This document shows, in pieces, positions 49,009 through 63,909 of a stretch of DNA of 64,000 nt. Made by a program: the position numbers and the translations under genes. A model generated the notes under the pieces. It was not told the DNA's origin and searched no databases. It saw only the letters and a list, made by a program, of their open reading frames with translations. Every line of letters starts with the position of its first letter. The first letter of the stretch is position 1. Source of the DNA: Octopus vulgaris (Eukaryota); NCBI GenBank assembly GCA_951406725.2, contig OX597814.1, positions 31,186,001-31,250,000 on the forward strand, written 5' to 3'.

Positions 49009-51540
49009 TAGAAATAACTTATTCTATTTGGTTACAGCTTTCCACAAGGTGGATTTAATTCCCGCCCAGATCTGCTTTGCTTTTCAGTCTTCCGAGTTCT
49101 ATAAATTAAAGATCCCTCCCATAAAATAAGTATCGTCCAGAATGTAGTCTGCTCAACATTAGAAAGCTGTGTCCAAGCACGGTCTCAGTCGATTGGTAGG
49201 AATCAGTACAAGCAGTAAATCAATGTGAAGTTATAGGAATAAGTATAACGAGGCAAGGAAATGCATTACAAATGATACGGAGCCATTAGAAGAAAGAGAT
49301 AAACAAGAATAGAAGTGACGAAAGAGCAAATGTAATTTAAAAAGTGTAAATTCTGGATTGGAAAAAAAAATAATAAAAAAGTAAAACAAACCTTATAGCA
49401 ATAAAAAAATGTATTTAAGCGCGCTGTAAATCCGCACTTTCTTTGCACAGAAGGAAAATGATGCACTGACTAATACTCTGGTATTTTATTGATACCTTAT
49501 CTCGAATATATGTATTTCAGAGTGATGGATGGCGAAACAGAAATGGAATGAGTTAAAGAGAAAACAACAGAAAGAATGATATTTGATATTGGTAGGAATC
49601 TAGCATGACCTGTTATTGTATGCAACAAGGTCATCAAGCTAACTGGAAATATTTGCATTGTGTGAGTCACAAGTGAAGAAGAAAAAAAAAAGTGAAAAAT
49701 CCCGGAAAACTTATCACAAACAGCTTCAATAAACGACCAAAAAGAAAAAAAAAGAAAGAAAAGATTTACTTTTTCGGTATCATTACAACAACGCTATCAT
49801 CAGTACGTATCGCTAATATCTAAGCAAGGCAAGTATACTTCTGTGAAAGTAATACTGTCAATAACAAACCCTGACTCGCCTATTGCAACTATACAAAGAA
49901 AACTGCCATTCAAAAACTTTGTTATTTGAGCCGTTTACTTGTTTGCACGAACTTTTCTGTTTCCCTTTCAGCTAGTTTTCATCCACTGAACTTTAAGTGA
50001 TTAGGTGATTTTTGTATTTTTCTCTTTACATTTTTACATTTTTTTTTCTTGAAATATCAATCTGTTGAAATCCTGGACACTTTTGCGTGCGAAAAATCAA
50101 AGAGAGCAATCAAATCATCTCTGTGATTCAGGAAGCAGAGTGCATATCACCAGTGACCACATCACACGCTTGAAGACATATATATTCTGCAGATTTTTCT
50201 TATTCAGTCAAACAATAAACCTTTGCACACCAGGCAAAGAAACAGGTGTCTTTCTTGTTACCATTTCTCGTGTATATCTACGTGTACGCATACATAGAGA
50301 GAAAAAGAGAGAGAATAGGAGGAGGCATATATACATATATAGACACTAATATGTGTTTATGTGTGGACATAATGCATAGAGATATGTTACATATAGAAAC
50401 AGAAATTACATATAATTATACACATATCCTAATATACATTTACAGTTATCTCTGGTCACTGATGTTCCTAAAACCTCTGTTAAGTAAGATTATTTAAAAC
50501 AATAAAAACCATGCAGCAAAATGGTAACTAGACATAATTGCATGAAATGGTTCTCGCGTACACACGTCAGAATATTTAGACACAAACATGCACCCCGCCT
50601 CAACCACGCAGTCAAAACAGCGGGTCTATCAATCTGTCTGTGTGTGCGTGCGTATATACACACACACACACATATATATATATACATGCACACACATATA
50701 TACAGGTGTATATATATATATATATATGTATGTATATATAAACATGTATATACAAACACACACGCACACACACGGACATATATATAAGCACAAACCAAAA
50801 CCAACAGCAGGATTATCGCTTGACGTTCTTGATATAAAAGAAAGCCGGGCAAAACTAATTGGGATAAAAATGATCTTAATACTGCTGAAGACAGTTCGGT
50901 ATCCACAATCGATAAATCATGTAAATGCAGAGCATGGAATTCCTTTCATTCACGCCACGTTACTTGCAATGCCAAAAACCTCTGTATTGACAAGCGGATT
51001 TCTGTATAAAATTTCTCATCGCACACAAGATTGCAGACGAGCTTACAGGCGTAATGTGTGGTAAGACGTGTGCATAAAAACCATACACTTTCGGGTCAGT
51101 CCCACCAAGTGGCACATAGGAAAAGTATTTTCTTATATAACGTCACCGACTGAAGAGTCCTTCGTCAGCAGCTTTATTATTCACCGGTCACGCTCTCTTA
51201 GCAATCCACTCGTCACAAACAGGTATAATGAGATGAACGAATACGACTGACATATGGAATATAGTATGTAGGCCAGGGATATTATCTCAGGTTTTTTTCC
51301 CTCAACACCCCGACATTTCCACCGGTTCTCTTGAATTCGGATTTTTGCTCTTTTTCTCATCTCTAGAAATTGAGTTAAGAATCTTTATCTATTGTTCTTG
51401 TATCACTATACGTTCAAAACATTTGGGTAACATCCTTTTAGAAATCCGCAAATATATGTTGGGATTCAAAGAACACACTTCTGCAGCTACCCTCCATAGA
51501 CCGAATAATGAATTTGTGATCGTGCTACACATCTGACACT

Positions 51541-51867
51541 TTAAAGACTCCGCCGGTTACGACGACGAGGGTCCCAGCTGATACGATCAACGGAACAGCT
51601 TGCTCGTGAAATTAACGTGCAAATGGCCGAGCATTCCACAGACACGTGTACCCTTAACGTAGTTCTCGGGGATAATCAGCGTGACACAGAGAGTGACAAG
51701 GCTGACCCTTTGAAATACAAGTACAACTCATTTTTGCCAGCTGAGTGGACTGGAGCAACGTGAAATAAAGTGTCTTGCTCAAGGACACAACGCGTCGCCG
51801 GGAATCGAACTCACAACCTTACGATCATGAGCCGAATGCCCTAACCACTAAGCCACGCGCCCTCACT
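51541..51867 (-). mobile_element. Chimeric SINE: CORE-like head/body (as family C) + tail X (as family B)
   Basis: 51550-51727 matches the family B tail; 51725-51866 matches the family C CORE/head; TSD acatctgacact at 51529-51540 and 51868-51879. Confidence 0.9.
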
Positions 51868-52254
51868 ACATCTGACACTATAGTTCATCACACTGACTAC
51901 GTGATTTGTTCATCAGTAAATAACCTTCGTATTCATTACTAGTCTGCGATTTTTTTTTTTTATGAGCCTGTTATCTGCTTACTCGTTTATTCTCAACATT
52001 ATTATTCAGCATAGCTTTGCCTTTGCTAAATGTAACCGATGCGACATTAATTTTTTCCTTGAGGATGACTCATCACCTGCCGATGAGGAAATCTTCCCTC
52101 GTATATCGTTTCAGTAGTTCATTAACCTGTTTCTTGAACATTTTCCGAACTGAAAAACGCAATGTCCTTATCTTTTCGTTTCACCTTACATGACAGTGCA
52201 GGTCATTAATCTGTTGTTCGCGCGGCGAACTATTCGAAAGTTTGAACGACTTAC

Positions 52255-52770
52255 GCTAAGAGTAACCTAAAGAGATTTCTCACCGAAAAACGAACTGGAT
52301 GACCCACTGACAAATATTTACATTCAGTGGAACAGCTCTGTCGAGTCATCTGTGAAGCATCTTTTCCTTCCCGAACGTCTTTGCTCAAACTATCAGTCGA
52401 GCACTTAGCAGCTCTCCTTGGCTTTAAATTTTGAGAGTCCGATCAGTGTAATGGGTGTGCTAAAGATTGATTTTTCTCTATTGTGATTTCATTTGTTGCT
52501 AATCCAATATTAGGAGAATCTTTGTGTGCTCTTCTACGTATCTTAGTAGCTGCCATTGTTGTTATTGTTATTGTTCGTGTTTTGCTCTACCGTGGAAACT
52601 CTGGCTCTTGTTATAACTCTTACGGTAGCAACTTTTTTTCCTTCTATTCTCCGCAGAGGAACGGATAACCCTGAGGTGGCTGTTTTGCCACATGTGTATC
52701 ACCTTGGCCTCCCCTTGCATTACTGCTGACATTTCCTCACCCTCTCGAAAATATTACGGTGGAGACTGAG
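52255..52770 (-). other. Candidate first exon of a minus-strand host gene
   Basis: Repeat-free, CpG-richer patch; Inr-like gcTCAGTc at ~52765; ATG in acaATGG context at 52556; consensus donor GTAAGT at 52254-52249. No homology recognised. Confidence 0.3.
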
Positions 52771-53428
52771 CTAGTGGGAAGGAGAGTGAGAGGAAGGCAG
52801 TGAATAAAGATGCTCGTCAGTGAATAAAGACGAGAATGAATGCGCAGAGCGAGAAAGACCTGGGTGATGTTGCGAGAGGCAGAAATAAATAGAGGAGGAA
52901 CAAGCCACGATTCGTCAACGGCAGGAAATGCGAGAGATGATTCTAAATTTATGCCTACACCTTCTTCTTCCGCTATTGCCATAACTTTTAGATATTCCCT
53001 GTGTAATAGAACGTTATTCAGTTTTTGCCATTGTGTTCCTGTTATTTAGACGATGCATAATAAATTCATGGATATGCAAATGATTTTAGCCACTGATATA
53101 TTTCCAATCTCACTATTGCAGATGGCAACAACTTTCTCATGCTGCTTTCCACTTATCACATACGTTATTATCCACCATTCCACTTGAGAAACTTCTTCAC
53201 ATACACACATACACACATACGTGTACGGATGTGTACGGATATAACTAATATGGAGCCACTGTACATATACACAGCTATAATCTATTTACAATATGGCATA
53301 ATATACTGTGTAGAATCTATATCAATTTAATTTATAGCGTAGATTATAAAATATTTAATGTGTATAATACCAGATGCATTATATATATATGTTGAAAGAT
53401 AGACATAATACACATAAAGATAGAAGTA

Positions 53429-54691
53429 TTGGGTTGGCAAGAAAAGTAAGTTTGTTTTTCGCAAGTAGATACAGTTACGATTTTTTAAATGACTTGTCAA
53501 ACTTGACGATTTTTTTCCTTTTGACGTTTTATAGCCCTTACTCTTAACTTACTTTAGAAGCAAATTGCTCGTAATTTGTTGACAGCTGTCAGTTCAGTGT
53601 CAATTTCCATATGGAGTGCAAAAACGAAATTTTTTTTATATATTTTCCCTTTTTCTTTATTTCCGTAAAGGCAAGAAAGCTTTTGGGGCACTGCTGGTTG
53701 CTTCACAGAAGGCTCATATCAGAAGTAGTTTTAAAATTTTCGTTCTGGAGATTTCTCATTCAAGGATGACCAACGTTCTGGTTGACCTACTGAAGTTAAT
53801 GTTCACCGAATCAAAGCCATAATTGAATCTGATTGTCATATAACTGCGAGAGATTGCAGAGATGTTAAATGTATCACACACATCAATTGAAAATCATTTA
53901 GAATGTCTTGAACTCGTTAAGAAGCTCGATATTTGGGGTCCAATAAGTTGAAAGGGATTCACTGAACACAATGAATCAATATTTGCGAAAAACATCTAAA
54001 GCGCAATGAAATCGGCCTGTTTCTTAACACGAATCATCACTAGTGGTGACAAATGTATTGTCTACAATAACATCAACCGAAAACGATCATTGTCCAAGCG
54101 TAATGAACCAGCACAAACCACACTGAAAGTTGAATTGCATCGTAAAAAGTTCATGATGTCAATTTAGTGAGATTACAAAGGTGTTTTGTATTTTGAGCTT
54201 CTTCCAAACGATCAATTCAGATGTTTACTGACAAAAACTAATGTAACTGAAGGAAGCAATCAGAGAATTGGCAAATCGTAGAAGAATCGTGTTCCACCAA
54301 GACATCGCTAGATCACACAGATTTTGATAACTCGTGAAAAATTATGGGAGCTTGGTTGAGAGGTGATGTCACATCCACCATATAGCTCTAACTTAGCACC
54401 ATCAGCTTACCATTTATTTCGAAGTTTGCAAAATTCTTTGAATGATAAACCTTTCAATAATGATGAAGACCTGAAATCGCACTTGCTTCAGATTTTGGCT
54501 GATAAGGACCAGAATTCCTATGAGCGCAGAATCATGACGATGCCAGAAAGATGGTAAAAGGTCATCGAACAAAATGAAAAATATAGAATTGATTTAAGTT
54601 CATTCTTTGTATGTATATATATATATATATATATATATAAATGGCTTTTATTTCACACAAGAAACCCGAAATTACTTTCTTGCCAATCCAA
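53429..54691 (+). mobile_element. Degenerate full-length mariner (mellifera-like TTGGGTTGGC termini)
   Basis: TIRs ttgggttggcaagaaaagtaa / ttactttcttgccaatccaa flanked by TA; decayed transposase including HPPYSSNLAPSAYHLFRSLQNSL (54363-54557). Confidence 0.9.
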
Positions 54692-54872
54692 TATAAACTT
54701 GGACATACGTAAGTATACATGTATGTATATATATATAGCCATAAATACGTATAAATACAGAAATACGTGCAGATTCTATGTATATGTATATATGTATATA
54801 CATATATACATACATATATACATACTTACATATACATACATACATACATACATACATAGATACATACATACA

Positions 54873-54904
<32 letters not shown>

Positions 54905-55620
54905 CATATACATATACAGTCTGCAGGTCTTTCTGTATTTATACGTATTTATGGCTATATGTACATACATCTATGCTTACGTATGTTAAAGCTTGTATAT
55001 ATTTCCTCTATCGTTATGTATATTATGTGTATCTTTCAAGATATATGTCATGCATCTGGTATTATATACATTAAATATTTTATAACGTACGCTATAAATT
55101 AAATTGATATAGATTTTACGCAGTATATTATGCCATGTTGTAAATAGCCTATAGCAGTATATATGTATAGTCTCTCCATATATTAGGTATATCTGTACAC
55201 ACAAGCTTAAAAGGAGTTCAAATATATGTTTAAGAATGCAAGAATGCAAATATAGAAATACAGATATAAGACTAAATGTAAAATTATGTATAAATTTACG
55301 AGTAGAAATTTGTGTAGATCTACGTATATGCTGGTTTGTGGGGGAAGGATAATGAAGTTATTGAGAAGATGCAAAGGAAGCAACTTTCTGAAGTTTGTAG
55401 GATTTTTCTTTGTGCATTATAAATCATGTGATGGTGTATAGTGTTCTGGAGTTCATGGAGTTCCGTATGTGCATGAAAAATATAATTGTAACATATCTGT
55501 TGTTCTGGAAGAGTGGTTTGTTTAATCTTGAAATCTCCCACAAACCATCTGTACTCACTCTATGCATTGAATTGTATTTCTGCAAGAAATAGCGAAACCA
55601 CATTTACACACACACACACA

Positions 55621-55724
<104 letters not shown>

Positions 55725-56113
55725 GTGTTAGTAGTGACTAGAAGGCTTTGATACTGATACCCATGTGACAGATGTAAGTAGAGGAGTGTGTGGAATCAAA
55801 TTGTTTTAGCGAACAGTAATTTCGTGTGGGATGTTGGAGTATAAAGAGTTACATAGATTCCAGAGATGGATTTTAGATAAGAGATATGTTATAAGATGTG
55901 GAGTGAGTTACTAAGTGGTGACATGTTGGAGCGGTATACATAACTGACAAAAGAAACAGTATATCTGTCTTTGAGAAGTTGGAAAGGGTAGGGATGTGAC
56001 TTCTGATCAATCATGTAGCATTGAATAGGAGGGAGAATTACCGAGTGTGTTTAGTATTATTTTTGTTACTTCGAGTGAAGTGTAAAGGATATTATTGAGC
56101 CGTTATATCACAA

Positions 56114-56496
56114 CTAGCAGTATCGCCCGGCGTTGCTCAGGTTTGTAAGGGAAATAACTATAAAGCATTTTTAGAGAGTTATAGCCAAAAAATAGCAAAA
56201 AAATGGAAAAAAAATGATGGTAAATTTTTTGAGAGTTAAAAAAGGTGGAGTTGCGTCCCCTAGACGGTCTGTGGTTTGGGTTTCTGATTCTCGACCCCAT
56301 GTCGAATTTATCGATTTTTTTTCAGAACTGGGGGAACTTTTCAAAATTTTCGCTGCGTTAGTTTTGAATTATGACATTGGGCTATGTGTGTGTCAAGTTT
56401 CATCAGAATCGGTTGAAAGCCGTGGTCAGAGTGAGGGTACGAGAAAACAGACACACAGAAAACGCACAGACAAACTGCCGTTTATATAGAGAGAGA
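56114..56496 (-). mobile_element. Non-autonomous Helitron-like element
   Basis: The minus strand starts A|TC (56496) and ends with a GC-rich subterminal hairpin remnant cctgagcaacgccggg, an 8-nt spacer, then CTAG|T (56114). Inserted between A and T with no TSD. Confidence 0.75.
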
Positions 56497-58106
56497 TAAC
56501 ACAAGGTGGTGAGCCTGGTCTGTGTACTTGCAAAAGAGAGAACTTTGCCAAGTGCACCAATGAATTCCGAAGTGATATTAGAGCAGATGGTGTAATGTGT
56601 CTACTATTTCATGTAAGCAGACAAGAAGTCGGCATGTAATATGTGATTTTGTAATGGCCTGCCCTCTTTGCCTTTACCAGGAGAACACAAATAACTCCAG
56701 CTAAAGGAAAATAAAAATTCAACTTTACAATGCAGTTGGTATATACATCGGTATGTGGTCTCCCGAATTAGCGCATACATTGTGATTCTTGGCAAAAACA
56801 ATTGACATTTATAGCTTTTCTTTATGTAGGCTGGTTAACACCAGATCCCATTTTCCTCCCCAGAAAACACTTTAGCATTGTCAAGTATAGCTTTTGAGAA
56901 GAAAAAAAAACGTAATGGAAACCGAACATACATCCACTACTACAATACAGACAGACCACTCGTCCTGGTGTATTTGTTTGCCCCAAATTATGCAAATCGT
57001 GGTCATTTTAATAAATATCACGTGTTCTGTCGAAATCTGTTTAATAGATAACAAAATTAATCTTGCGGGAGAAAAGGATATCTTTCAAATACATTTTCAC
57101 TTTGCAGAGAAATAATACTATGTATTTTATTCTATATTTGCAACAATCTTTTGACACGGTGCTCATCTTTGGGTCAAGAAGGTTTTCATATTTTGCAATG
57201 TTTAGCTAAAATCAGTGCTTTAGCGTTATGAATCTGAGTTGTAATTTTTTTCTTTTATTAGATGCTAATAAAAAGGAATACTTAATATCTAACTTGAAGT
57301 GATATACGTATGCTAGTTTCTATAGTAAAATTAGCTCTGATGCAGACGAAGAAAATATCCAATCGTTCTATATCCCAAAATATTGTTTTTATTACTAAAA
57401 TATCTATTATTAGAATTGTTCATGTTGAATAAATTTTCTTTCTTACAAAGTAATATCTTTATGCAGGTACTTGTTTTTCTTGCCAGATCTACTTTTTTTC
57501 GTTTTATTTATTTCTATTGTTTTCTATATATTCCTTTTGGATATGATAAATGTATAAATGTAGTCAAGCATGCATGTTATTTTGTTTACAACTAAAACTA
57601 AGTGAGGCACGCGAAAGAGTTCACAGCTTACCTTGATTAAGACCTATCAGGAACCAGGAACTGCCTGGCTTCGAATCAAACGACCCCCTCGTTCCTTTTA
57701 TTTCCGCTATATGTTGTATAAAATATTGTTTCTTTCCCGTCTCTGCACTTTTCTCCATATATCCTTATTAATTCCAGCTGAGAACAGTTATTGCATCACC
57801 TTTTACGACCTTTGATAACACAGCCCTAAAGAACAATTGAAACTTTCAAAGGGAAAACGTTTCCGCCATATACCAAAAAGTATCATAAAATAACTGAAAG
57901 AGAAGATTAAGAACAGTGTGTTAACTATTGCTCGGGCTGATGTTTGTTGCTGCAAACATTTTATGTTTGCAGAGACCATTGCCTACTACCAACTAGAATT
58001 ATAGAGTCAAGCATCAACAAAGTGAAAATAATAAAAACAACACAAACACTTACTAACAACAGAAACGAGAAAACTAATAACAAGAACAACATTCAGATTA
58101 ATTGTA

Positions 58107-58143
<37 letters not shown>

Positions 58144-58159
58144 TAATAATAATAATGAA

Positions 58160-58194
<35 letters not shown>

Positions 58195-58304
58195 TAACAA
58201 CAACCACAACAACAACAACAACAATAATGATAATAATAAAAATAATAATAATAAATAATAATAATAATAAATAATAATAATAATAAATAATAATAATAAT
58301 AATA

Positions 58305-58383
<79 letters not shown>

Positions 58384-60047
58384 CTACTACTACTACTACT
58401 ACTACTACTACTAATAATAATAATAATAATAATAATAATGGCGAGATATATTTGGAAAGAAAATGAAGAACAGATGAGGAAGATTTAGGAAATAGTAGAA
58501 AGACTGAAGGAAGGGGTATGAAGGTGAGAGAGCAGTCTGTTGAATGGATAGATTAAAAGAAACAGCGTTCGAATGGTAAGACATATGTACAACGATGCGT
58601 TAGTGATGTGTTCTGTACATAAGTTGCAATCGACGATGGCCTGTCTTGATGTTAGATTCCCCGATAGACATAAACAGTGAAGCAAGTGGAGTGGTAAACA
58701 ACGACATTTGTATGCATCTTTTATTGATATCAATGACTTCTGGACATACGTATCTGACGGTCAGTGGAATTGTTCACGATTGGTGTGCATTGCTGTAAGG
58801 GATCTCTGTACCGGATATTGGAAATTCAAGGGTAAGAAAAATCCTGTAACCGATGTTGGCTTATTTCATCCTCTCCGTTTGCCAGCAGCAGTATTGTACA
58901 TAGTTAAAGAACATTCTTTCACATTCGAATAAATATAGATACTTGGTTGTCTAAGTAATTCATTTAATCCGTCCAACAGCCAATGATAAAGCGAGATACA
59001 TCCACGGATTAATGAAGCATAAGTCGGATATTTCCCATTTTAATCGACCAGGATCGAACTGCTAGGCCAACACAGTAAACTCTGCTTTTCTATAATATCC
59101 AATCTTCCGTAATTGTGTCAACTATATTGATCCCTTCGTAAAACCTGCCTCCTCCCTTGCTCACTTTCGCTTACTCTTTGTCTTTTCTCTCTCTCTCTCT
59201 CCATTCCTTCCCTTCTGCTCCAGTCTGTACCATTCATTTTATTATATATATATTTTCTATTTCTGTTGCCGTGTAGCTATCTTTATCTTCGTCTATTTTT
59301 CATTTATGTATATATTTCTCACTAGTGTTTCGCTTCACTTGCTTTTTTTCCCCTTTTCTATCTAACTCTTTCTGATTATTTATCATCTTTTAAAATTTGC
59401 ATCTCTTCCTATAAGATACAAATGAAAAATGTTAAAAATGCTTCGGGAACTGGGCAAGAGAAATCTGAAATTAAGAAGAAAAACCATATTTTCATTTCTT
59501 TTTGCCACATAAATACATATGCAGTTAATATCTAATAATTATTTCCAACATCTACTCTTTATTCACAAGATAATCTCTTCGCATTCCCTTTGCGTAGCAA
59601 AGTAAAAATAGTAAAAGAACGAATAGAGTATGATAAAGAAATGAGATGAGAGTAAAAAAAAACTAACCTGAAAGATGAGAAATTTTTTTTCTATAAAATA
59701 TCTATATCAAAATAATTCAAGAGTTTTGTAGCTTAAGTTTCAAGAGTTCAAGAAGTTCGATGAAAAATGTTGACTAATATGAAATAAAGATCTGAAGTCG
59801 AAACCTAGTTGGACTGTGATATTATGAGGAAGATATAAATATAATAATATATTGCATACTTAGTCAAAAGGATAAACGTTCAAATAGATAAGATACGATG
59901 CATACGTTTCATAGGGCAACGTTAAATTCACTGTAGTGTACGTAAAGGTATATATCTGAATACATATGTACATTTACCTATAAATACATACATACATGCA
60001 TACATACATACACACATGCGTACATACATACATACGTACATTCATAC

Positions 60048-60100
<53 letters not shown>

Positions 60101-60344
60101 TTTGTGTGTGCGGTTGTGCGTGTATGAGTGTGTTTGTGTGTGTACCATTTCAATTCACTTCAGGTTTACGAAATGGACGGTTTGCTTTAGAAAGCCAGTC
60201 CATGAATATGAGTTATCAAATAGATTTTATAGAGAAAGTTGATCGTTTGGCTGAAGATACATCAGAAAATCTGTGAACATTAGTAGAGCTTATATAAATA
60301 TGAGAACATAGTTATAACTCTAAATATACCCCACTATCTATGTT

Positions 60345-60388
<44 letters not shown>

Positions 60389-60408
60389 TGCATGTATGTA
60401 TGTATATA

Positions 60409-60521
60409 GTTAATCTAAACGTGAAAACACAGAGAGGAAACACAACAACGCAAGGACGTAGAACAACTATAGTGTTATTGGACCCTCAGGAAAGGAAGGG
60501 AAGACGGAGGAAAATCGCCAA

Positions 60522-60523
<2 letters not shown>
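60409..60523 (-). mobile_element. Second copy of the 34512 repeat with the hammerhead segment deleted
   Basis: Colinear with 34512-34600, then jumps to the gaagacgg.ggaaaat part; lacks gtttcg..tcgtcag; flanked by (TA)n. Confidence 0.7.
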
Positions 60524-60596
<73 letters not shown>

Positions 60597-61332
60597 TGTG
60601 TACATACATATATATGTGTATGCATATCTAGATCAGAAAGTGAGTGAAGGAGGGAGATTGTTACGTTTCATGTTTTATGTTCTTTAAAGTCTCAAATGCA
60701 AATAAGATCATTAGATTGAAATATTTGTTTATTGGTCTCATAAAGCGAGCCGACTGTCAGGTTGATGCAAACATGCACTCACACATACACTTATGCCTGC
60801 TTATGTACAAACATAAATAAACTCATACCCCCCACAACACACACACTTTAGAAAACTCTGAACGTGTGGCATAGCCACACAATCGCAACGACATGATTTC
60901 ATTTCTGTGTCGATGGAATCACTTACTTCCCATTTCCTGATTCAGCCTCACCAAAAAGTATAATCTTAATTCATAAGGACTTTATTGTCGTTCTTCATTT
61001 TCCTTCCTGTATTTTCTATATTTCTCTCTTTCTCCTCCCTCCAACAATGGTCTACAATTTCGAAACTTCAAGCAACAATACAGTCTTCTCTCAGCAGCAA
61101 ACAAACGAGCATTTGTATAGTGTGTTAGTCGTTGTCCTTGTTATTTATTTATACGCTTATGTTGCCCCGCGCTGATGTCAGATTTCAAGTTAGGACGCAG
61201 AAACAGTAACAAGCACCACAAATACGCAGTAAAAAAGTAGCTAGACGAAATACAGTTAACAAAAATAGTTGCAATTAAAACAGTTTTTATACCGTTGATG
61301 CACTGAATATATAGTTACCAATTTTAGTTATG

Positions 61333-61634
61333 TTTGTTCCTTCTCGAGCCACGACCCGCTCATAAGGGCCGGTTTCCCGGTTTCCTTGGCGTATAGGTTA
61401 CCCACCTGGACGGGACGCCGGTCCGTCGCAGGTGAGCTGCAAGATGCAGGAGGTAAGGGTGAGAGAAAATTGTGGTGAAAGAATCAGCAGAAGTTCGCCA
61501 TTACCTTCTGCCGGAGCCGAGTGGAGCTTAGGTGTTTCGCTCATAAATACACACATTGCCTGGTCTGAGATTCGAATCCGCGATCCCTCGACTGCGATTC
61601 CGCTGCTCTAATCACTAGGCCATGTACCTCCACT
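61333..61634 (-). mobile_element. SINE with family B-type head/body (Y1) and a different tail (W)
   Basis: gtgagagaaa.ttgtggtgaaaga..ctgccggagcc..gtggagcttaggtgttt shared with family B; 61336-61445 is unrelated to tail X; TSD aattttagttatg (61320-32) / aattttcgttatg (61635-47). Confidence 0.85.
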
Positions 61635-62153
61635 AATTTTCGTTATGAGTGAACAATATACAAATTATTGGTTTATGTGGGGGTTATAAACTAAGTTTAT
61701 AAATATTGATTGGGTATAATTCATAACATAACATTTGAAATATTTAACGTCTGAGAAAAAGTCTAAATGTATGCTTAGAAATAAAAGTAAGAGAGTTAGA
61801 AAAGTGCCTTGCAACGCGGATGAGATAGAAGATAGAGAGGGAATATAGTAATAACGAAAAAAAAAAGAGTTAACAAAAAGTGATGCTTGCAGATTTCCTA
61901 TAGTAGTGGATGCAATTAGCCATGATAGTGCTGTTTGTCTGTGTGCATGTATGTATGTATTCATGTATGTATAAAGTGTGTGTGTGTGCCAGTGTATGTG
62001 TGTGTCAGTGTGTGAGCGAGTGTGTGTACATACACACACACACATTCTTAGAAACAGACACATAGAATGAGAGAGAAAGAAAGAGAAGGAGTGCTGTATT
62101 GTTTATATGTTTTAATTTCCCTCTGTGGCTACTGTCTGCGCATGTGCACATTT

Positions 62154-62217
<64 letters not shown>

Positions 62218-63172
62218 CTTTCATCATAGTTGTACGTAAATTTTATTTAAACTCCAATATCTTATCCCGAAGGAATATTTCAATATCCTTCTTTGATTTT
62301 ATACTGATTTCTGTATTATTTTAGAGTATTCTTTATTTCTTAGAACTTCCAAATCTCTAGATGTTTTCAGAGAAATTCTCACACTTTTGCAGCCGTACAG
62401 AATCGGTGCTTAGAATTTGTCAGTAAGATCTGAAGAAAAAAGTTTTTCCTTCCTAAAATTTTACATCCTGCTGAAGATAACTTAACAGATTATAAAATTA
62501 AAAATTAGGGTAAAAAGTAAAAAATAAATAAATAAAAAAAGCTAGCAGATATATTGAAATCAATAAGTAGATTTTTGAATAATATTTTATTTTCGAGTTC
62601 CTCATATCATTTATCGAAAATTTGTCTAATTCTATCGACTTATTTGAAAAAATTCATTTTTTTCTTTCTAGCTCTATATTTTTTTTAATCATTGCTGCAT
62701 AATTTCTTGCTTTCTACCGTTCCTTTCCTAACTCTTTTCTGCTGCCTTTGTTTCTCATTGTCTTCTCTACACATTTCATTGCTTTACATCTTCGTTGTTT
62801 GTTTATTTTTCTCTATTATTTTAAAGATATTTTTTTCATTCTAAATTTTCATTTGTCTTTTTGTACATCTATTTATTTTTAATACAGTTTCGTCTTGTAT
62901 GAAGCTTAATAATTTGGTTATTTCAAAAGGGAAAAGTTACTCAATGAAATTTGTAAGTTGTTACGTAAACTATTCAAAAATTTATCAAGATGCAGGTTTT
63001 GTCACACATAATGTGATTATTATCTTTAATGGTGCTATTGTAATTGTTACATGATTTCCGTTCTGCTAAATTTCGCTGTGCTGCTTTTTAAACAACCATT
63101 CTCTACCTCAATTTCAAAATGATTAGAATTCAGTAATCAATAATTTGTTGTATAAACCTAAAAAATCTTCTA

Positions 63173-63238
<66 letters not shown>

Positions 63239-63375
63239 GTTATTATTATTGTTATTATTATTATTACTATTATTATTACTATTATTACTACTATTATTAT
63301 TATTCTTATTATCATTATTATTATTATTATTACTGTTGTGGTTGTTGTCAACACTATGCTATTAACGTATGTTGA

Positions 63376-63408
<33 letters not shown>

Positions 63409-63452
63409 TGATGATGATGATGATGATGATAATAATAATAATAATAATAATG

Positions 63453-63563
<111 letters not shown>

Positions 63564-63909
63564 AGCAGTAGTAGCTGCAGAAATAGTAATAGTACTAGTA
63601 GTATTTTATTTGCTTTAGTAGTAATATTATTATCGTTCCATTTTGACTTCATTATTTGTTTGAAACTTGGTACGTGCAAAAGAAAAGCGTCAAATCACAG
63701 AAAAAAAATTAATAATAGCAAGTAAAGTTATCTTCTGAGAACGTAGCGAGAAATTTTAATGCGATTTTGCGATTTACTGATAAAGCAAACTTAGATTATA
63801 TAAAAAAATGGAAGCTGAAACTTGACAAAACTTTGTACACTTTTCAAAGAAACCAGAAACTTTCCAAATATATGCAAATATAAATACACACATAAATATA
63901 TACACATAT

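Noticed and set aside
55740-56900. Possible very old LINE remnants here and at ~7080-7260, 19520-20000, 36840-38170 and 58440-58720
   Set aside because: Composition and faint motifs suggest decayed retroelements, but they are too degenerate to assign without a profile search.
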